Part shown: positions 61,481 to 64,000 of the stretch, one piece after another
How the letters are laid out: the number at the start of each line of letters is the position of its first letter
How positions within the stretch are numbered: position 1 is the first letter of the stretch
DNA from: an uncultured Alphaproteobacteria bacterium
Lineage (GTDB): Bacteria; Pseudomonadota; Alphaproteobacteria; Rhizobiales; Xanthobacteraceae
Length of the DNA stretch: 64,000 nt
Assembly: GCA_963695665.1 (NCBI GenBank)
Contig: CAVOHL010000012.1
Span: 16,966-80,965 of the forward strand
Reading direction: 5' to 3'
Made by a program: the position numbers and the translations under genes
Notes under the pieces: generated by a model
What the model saw: only the letters and a program-made list of their open reading frames with translations
Told to the model about the DNA's origin: nothing
Databases searched by the model: none

Positions 61481-62907
61481 CTACAGCACCTTGCCGGGAT
61501 TGAGGATGCCCTTGGGATCGAGCATGCGCTTGAGGCTGCGCATCAGATCGAGCGCGACCGGGTCCTTCACCGACGGCAACAGGTCGCGCTTCATCACCCC
61601 GACGCCGTGCTCGGCGGAGATCGAGCCGCCATATTTCTTCACCACCGCGAAGACGACCGCGTTCACCTCGTCCCAGCGCTTGAGGAACGCTTCCTTGTCG
61701 GCGTCGGCCGGCTGGATCACGTTGTAATGGATATTGCCGTCGCCGAGATGGCCGAACGCCAGCGGCCGCGCGCCGGGAATGAAGGCGGTGACCGCGGCGT
61801 CCACCTCGGCCAGGAACGCAGGCACGGCCGCGACCGGCACCGAGACGTCGTGCTTGACCGAGCCGCCGATGTGGCGCTGCGCCTCGCCGAACATTTCGCG
61901 GATGCGCCAGAACGCCTTCGCCTGCTCCAGGCTCTCGGCGATCGCGGCGTCGACGACCACGCCGCTGTCCAATCCCTGCTTGAGCACGTCCTCCATCACC
62001 GCGCGCAGGCCGCTCTTCGCCTGCGAGGAGAGCTCGATCAGCACGTACCACGGATGCGGCGCCGCGAGCGGATCGCGGCAGCCGGCGGCGTGGCGCAGCA
62101 CCATCTCCAGGCCCGAGCGCGGCATCAGTTCGAAGCTGGTGACGCTGCCGCCGGCATTTCCGGCGGCGGCATTCGAGGAGCGCGAGCGCCGCTTGCGGCG
62201 AAGACAGGCCGACAAAGGCGGTTTCGACCGAGCGCGGCCGCGGCACGAGGCGCAGCACCGCCGCGGTGATCACGCCGAGCGTGCCTTCGGCGCCGATGAA
62301 CAGGTTCTTCAGGTCGTAGCCGGTGTTGTCCTTCTTGAGCTTGTTGAGGTCGTGGAGGATGCGCCCGTCGGCGAGCACCACCTCGATGCCGAGCGCGTGC
62401 GAGCGGGCGATGCCGTAGGCGAGCGCCGCGGTGCCGCCGGCATTGGTCGAGAGATTGCCGCCGATGGTGCAGGTGCCTTCCGACGGCAGCAATTGCGGAT
62501 AGAGCCGGTCGACCGCGGCGGCGGCTTCGCGCGCGCGCTGCAAGGTGACGCCGGCCTCGCAGGTGATGGTGTTCGAGGTCGGATCGACTTCGCGGATGCG
62601 GTTGAGCCGGGTGAGCGAGAGCGACGATCTCGTTGTTGTGCGGAATCTGGCCGCCGACGAGCCCGGTATTGCCGCCCTGCGGCACGATCGGCGTCGCCGT
62701 CTCGTTGGCGAGGCGGAGGATCTGCGAAACCTCGGCGACCGAGGCGGGCCGCAGCACCATCGGCGTGCGGCCGCGGAACATGTCGCGCATCTCGAAGAGA
62801 TAAGGCGCCTGCATCTGCGGGTCGGTGACGGCGTATTTCTCGCCGACGATCGCGGCGAAGCGCGCGAGCAGGGACGGATCAACAGCGGCGGGCGGTTTAT
62901 CGAGCAT
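61481..62907 (-). CDS. FAD-linked oxidase (GlcD/D-lactate dehydrogenase family), about 2 frame changes
   Basis: ..VLRPASVAEVSQILRLANETATPIVPQGGNTGLVGG.. / ..CTIGGNLSTNAGGTAALAYG..DNTGYDLKNLFIGAEGTLGVIT.. / ..FGHLGDGNIHYNV..GGSISAEHGVG..LDPKGILNPGKVL. Confidence 0.8.
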
Positions 62908-62974
62908 CAGGGCGCACCGGTCAGGCTTGGTTGCTAGATAGATGACAGTCCGCTGATGACAGCGCAAGCGCCGT

Positions 62975-63961
62975 TCAGCGCTGCGTCGCGGCGCGAGCGA
63001 GCCGGTCGTTGATCGCTTCGCCGAGGCCCTCGTGCGGGATCGGCATGACCGCGATCGCGCTCGGCGCCGGCGGCGTCGAGCGCGCGCAGATGCGAGAACA
63101 AATTGGCCGCCGCTTCGATGAGGTCGCCGCGCGCGGAGAGATTGAGCACGCTCTTGGCGCGCTCGGCGCCGGCGGGCGGCGTCGCGCCGAAGGCGAGCAG
63201 CGCTTCGCCCGGCTCGACGCGGGCGGCGTCGAGCCTGCAGCGGCGTGCGCGGCGCATAGTGCGCGGCGAGCATGCCGGGCGCGAGCGGGGCGGCGTCGTC
63301 GGGCGCGGACAGGCGCGTCGGCGAGTTTTCGCCCGAGCGCGCGCTCGATCGCCGCGCGCGGCAGGCCGCCGGGCCGCAGCAGCACCGGCTCGCGCAGGCA
63401 GGCGATGATCGTCGACTCGACGCCGACCCGCGTTGCCCCGCCGTCGATGATGAGATCGATGCGGCCGCCGAGGTCGGCTTGCACGTGCGCCGCCTTGGTC
63501 GGCGACACATGGCCGGAGCGGTTGGCCGACGGCGCCACCACCGGCCGGCCGAAGGCCGCGAGAATATCGCGGGCGACGGCGTGGTCGGGAACGCGCACCG
63601 CGATGCTGTCGAGACCGGCCGTCGCCAGCGCGGCCACCGCGCAATCGGCCGTCTTGGGCAGGACGAGCGTCAGCGGCCCCGGCCAGAAGGCGTCGGCGAG
63701 CCGCGCCGCATCGGCATTAAAGCGCGCCAGCGCCTGCGCCGCCGGGCGATCGACGACAGTGGCGATGAGCGGATTGAACGCCGGCCGGCCCTTGGCCTCG
63801 TAGATGCGCGCGACCGCCCGCCCGGCGGTCGCGTCGGCGCCGAGGCCATAGACCGTCTCGGTCGGGAAGGCGACGAGCCCGCCGGCGGCAAGGACGCGCG
63901 CCGCCTCGGCGACCGCGCCGGCATCGGCCGGCAGAACGCGCGTCGTCAGCGGGACTGTCAT
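62975..63961 (-). CDS. tsaC: L-threonylcarbamoyladenylate synthase (Sua5/YrdC family), about 3 frame changes in the C-terminal domain
   Basis: ..GGLVAFPTETVYGLGADATAGRAVARIYEAKGRPAFNPLIA..WPGPLTLVL..VRVPDH..GRPVVAPSANRSGHVSPT.. Sua5-domain pieces (..LAPGMLAAHYAP.., ..LIEAAANLFSHLRALDAAG.., ..IAVMPIPHEGLGEAINDRLARAA) lie in other frames. Confidence 0.85.
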   Translation of the reverse strand: MTVPLTTRVLPADAGAVAEAARVLAAGGLVAFPTETVYGLGADATAGRAVARIYEAKGRPAFNPLIATVVDRPAAQALARFNADAARLADAFWPGPLTLVLPKTADCAVAALATAGLDSIAVRVPDHAVARDILAAFGRPVVAPSANRSGHVSPTKAAHVQADLGGRIDLIIDGGATRVGVESTIIACLREPVLLRPGGLPRAAIERALGRKLADAPVRARRRRPARARHARRALCAAHAAAGSTPPASSRAKRCSPSARRRPPAPSAPRACSISPRAATSSKRRPICSRICARSTPPAPSAIAVMPIPHEGLGEAINDRLARAATQR

Positions 63962-64000
63962 CGATCTCCTCGCGTGATTAAATAGCGAAAATGGCGGGCG

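Noticed and set aside
1-64000. Search by eye for tRNA, rRNA, tmRNA, integrase or transposase genes that could mark a mobile island.
   Set aside because: None was recognised in any intergenic gap or ORF translation. This is a visual scan, so small RNAs could have been missed.

Overview
High-GC alphaproteobacterial chromosomal segment; core genes are about 65-70% GC by hand counts of sample lines. Gene content and synteny (cydAB; udg / ETF-QO / TPR / ispE / ispB; glyQ ... glyS-ppdK; tag-ygfZ; sua5) suggest a Bradyrhizobium/Rhodopseudomonas-like member of the Hyphomicrobiales. So do short palindromic repeat families whose translations read ...GLVPGIH..., ...MAGTSPAMT / MDCRVKP... and MSA..PPKADI. 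This placement is inferred from memory, not from a search. I recognise about 60 protein-coding genes and no rRNA, tRNA or CRISPR array. More than half of the genes, including normally essential ones (glyS, ispE, ispB, sua5/tsaC), can only be rebuilt by joining ORF-track fragments. That takes roughly 80 frame changes (hand count) plus two in-frame TAG codons. This looks more like indel-type sequence error than biology. The disruptions are regionally clustered, and they make every pseudogene or fusion call here provisional. Accessory content: (1) a ~4.4-kb low-GC block (7.74-12.1 kb) replaces the 3' two-thirds of an NCS2 permease; it carries a broken crotonase gene, two secreted TPR proteins and a patatin-like phospholipase, punctuated by four copies of one palindromic repeat. 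(2) A DUF559 (Vsr-like endonuclease) gene between glyQ and glyS is bracketed by 56-58-bp inverted double-hairpin arms. (3) A ~95-bp palindromic element sits inside the glyS reading frame. (4) There is an AraC-linked FAD-dehydrogenase / SnoaL / ABC-transporter locus. (5) An intact pair encodes a 677-aa secreted protein of unknown function plus an M15 peptidase. I did not find a convincing multi-gene defence system or other clearly novel system.
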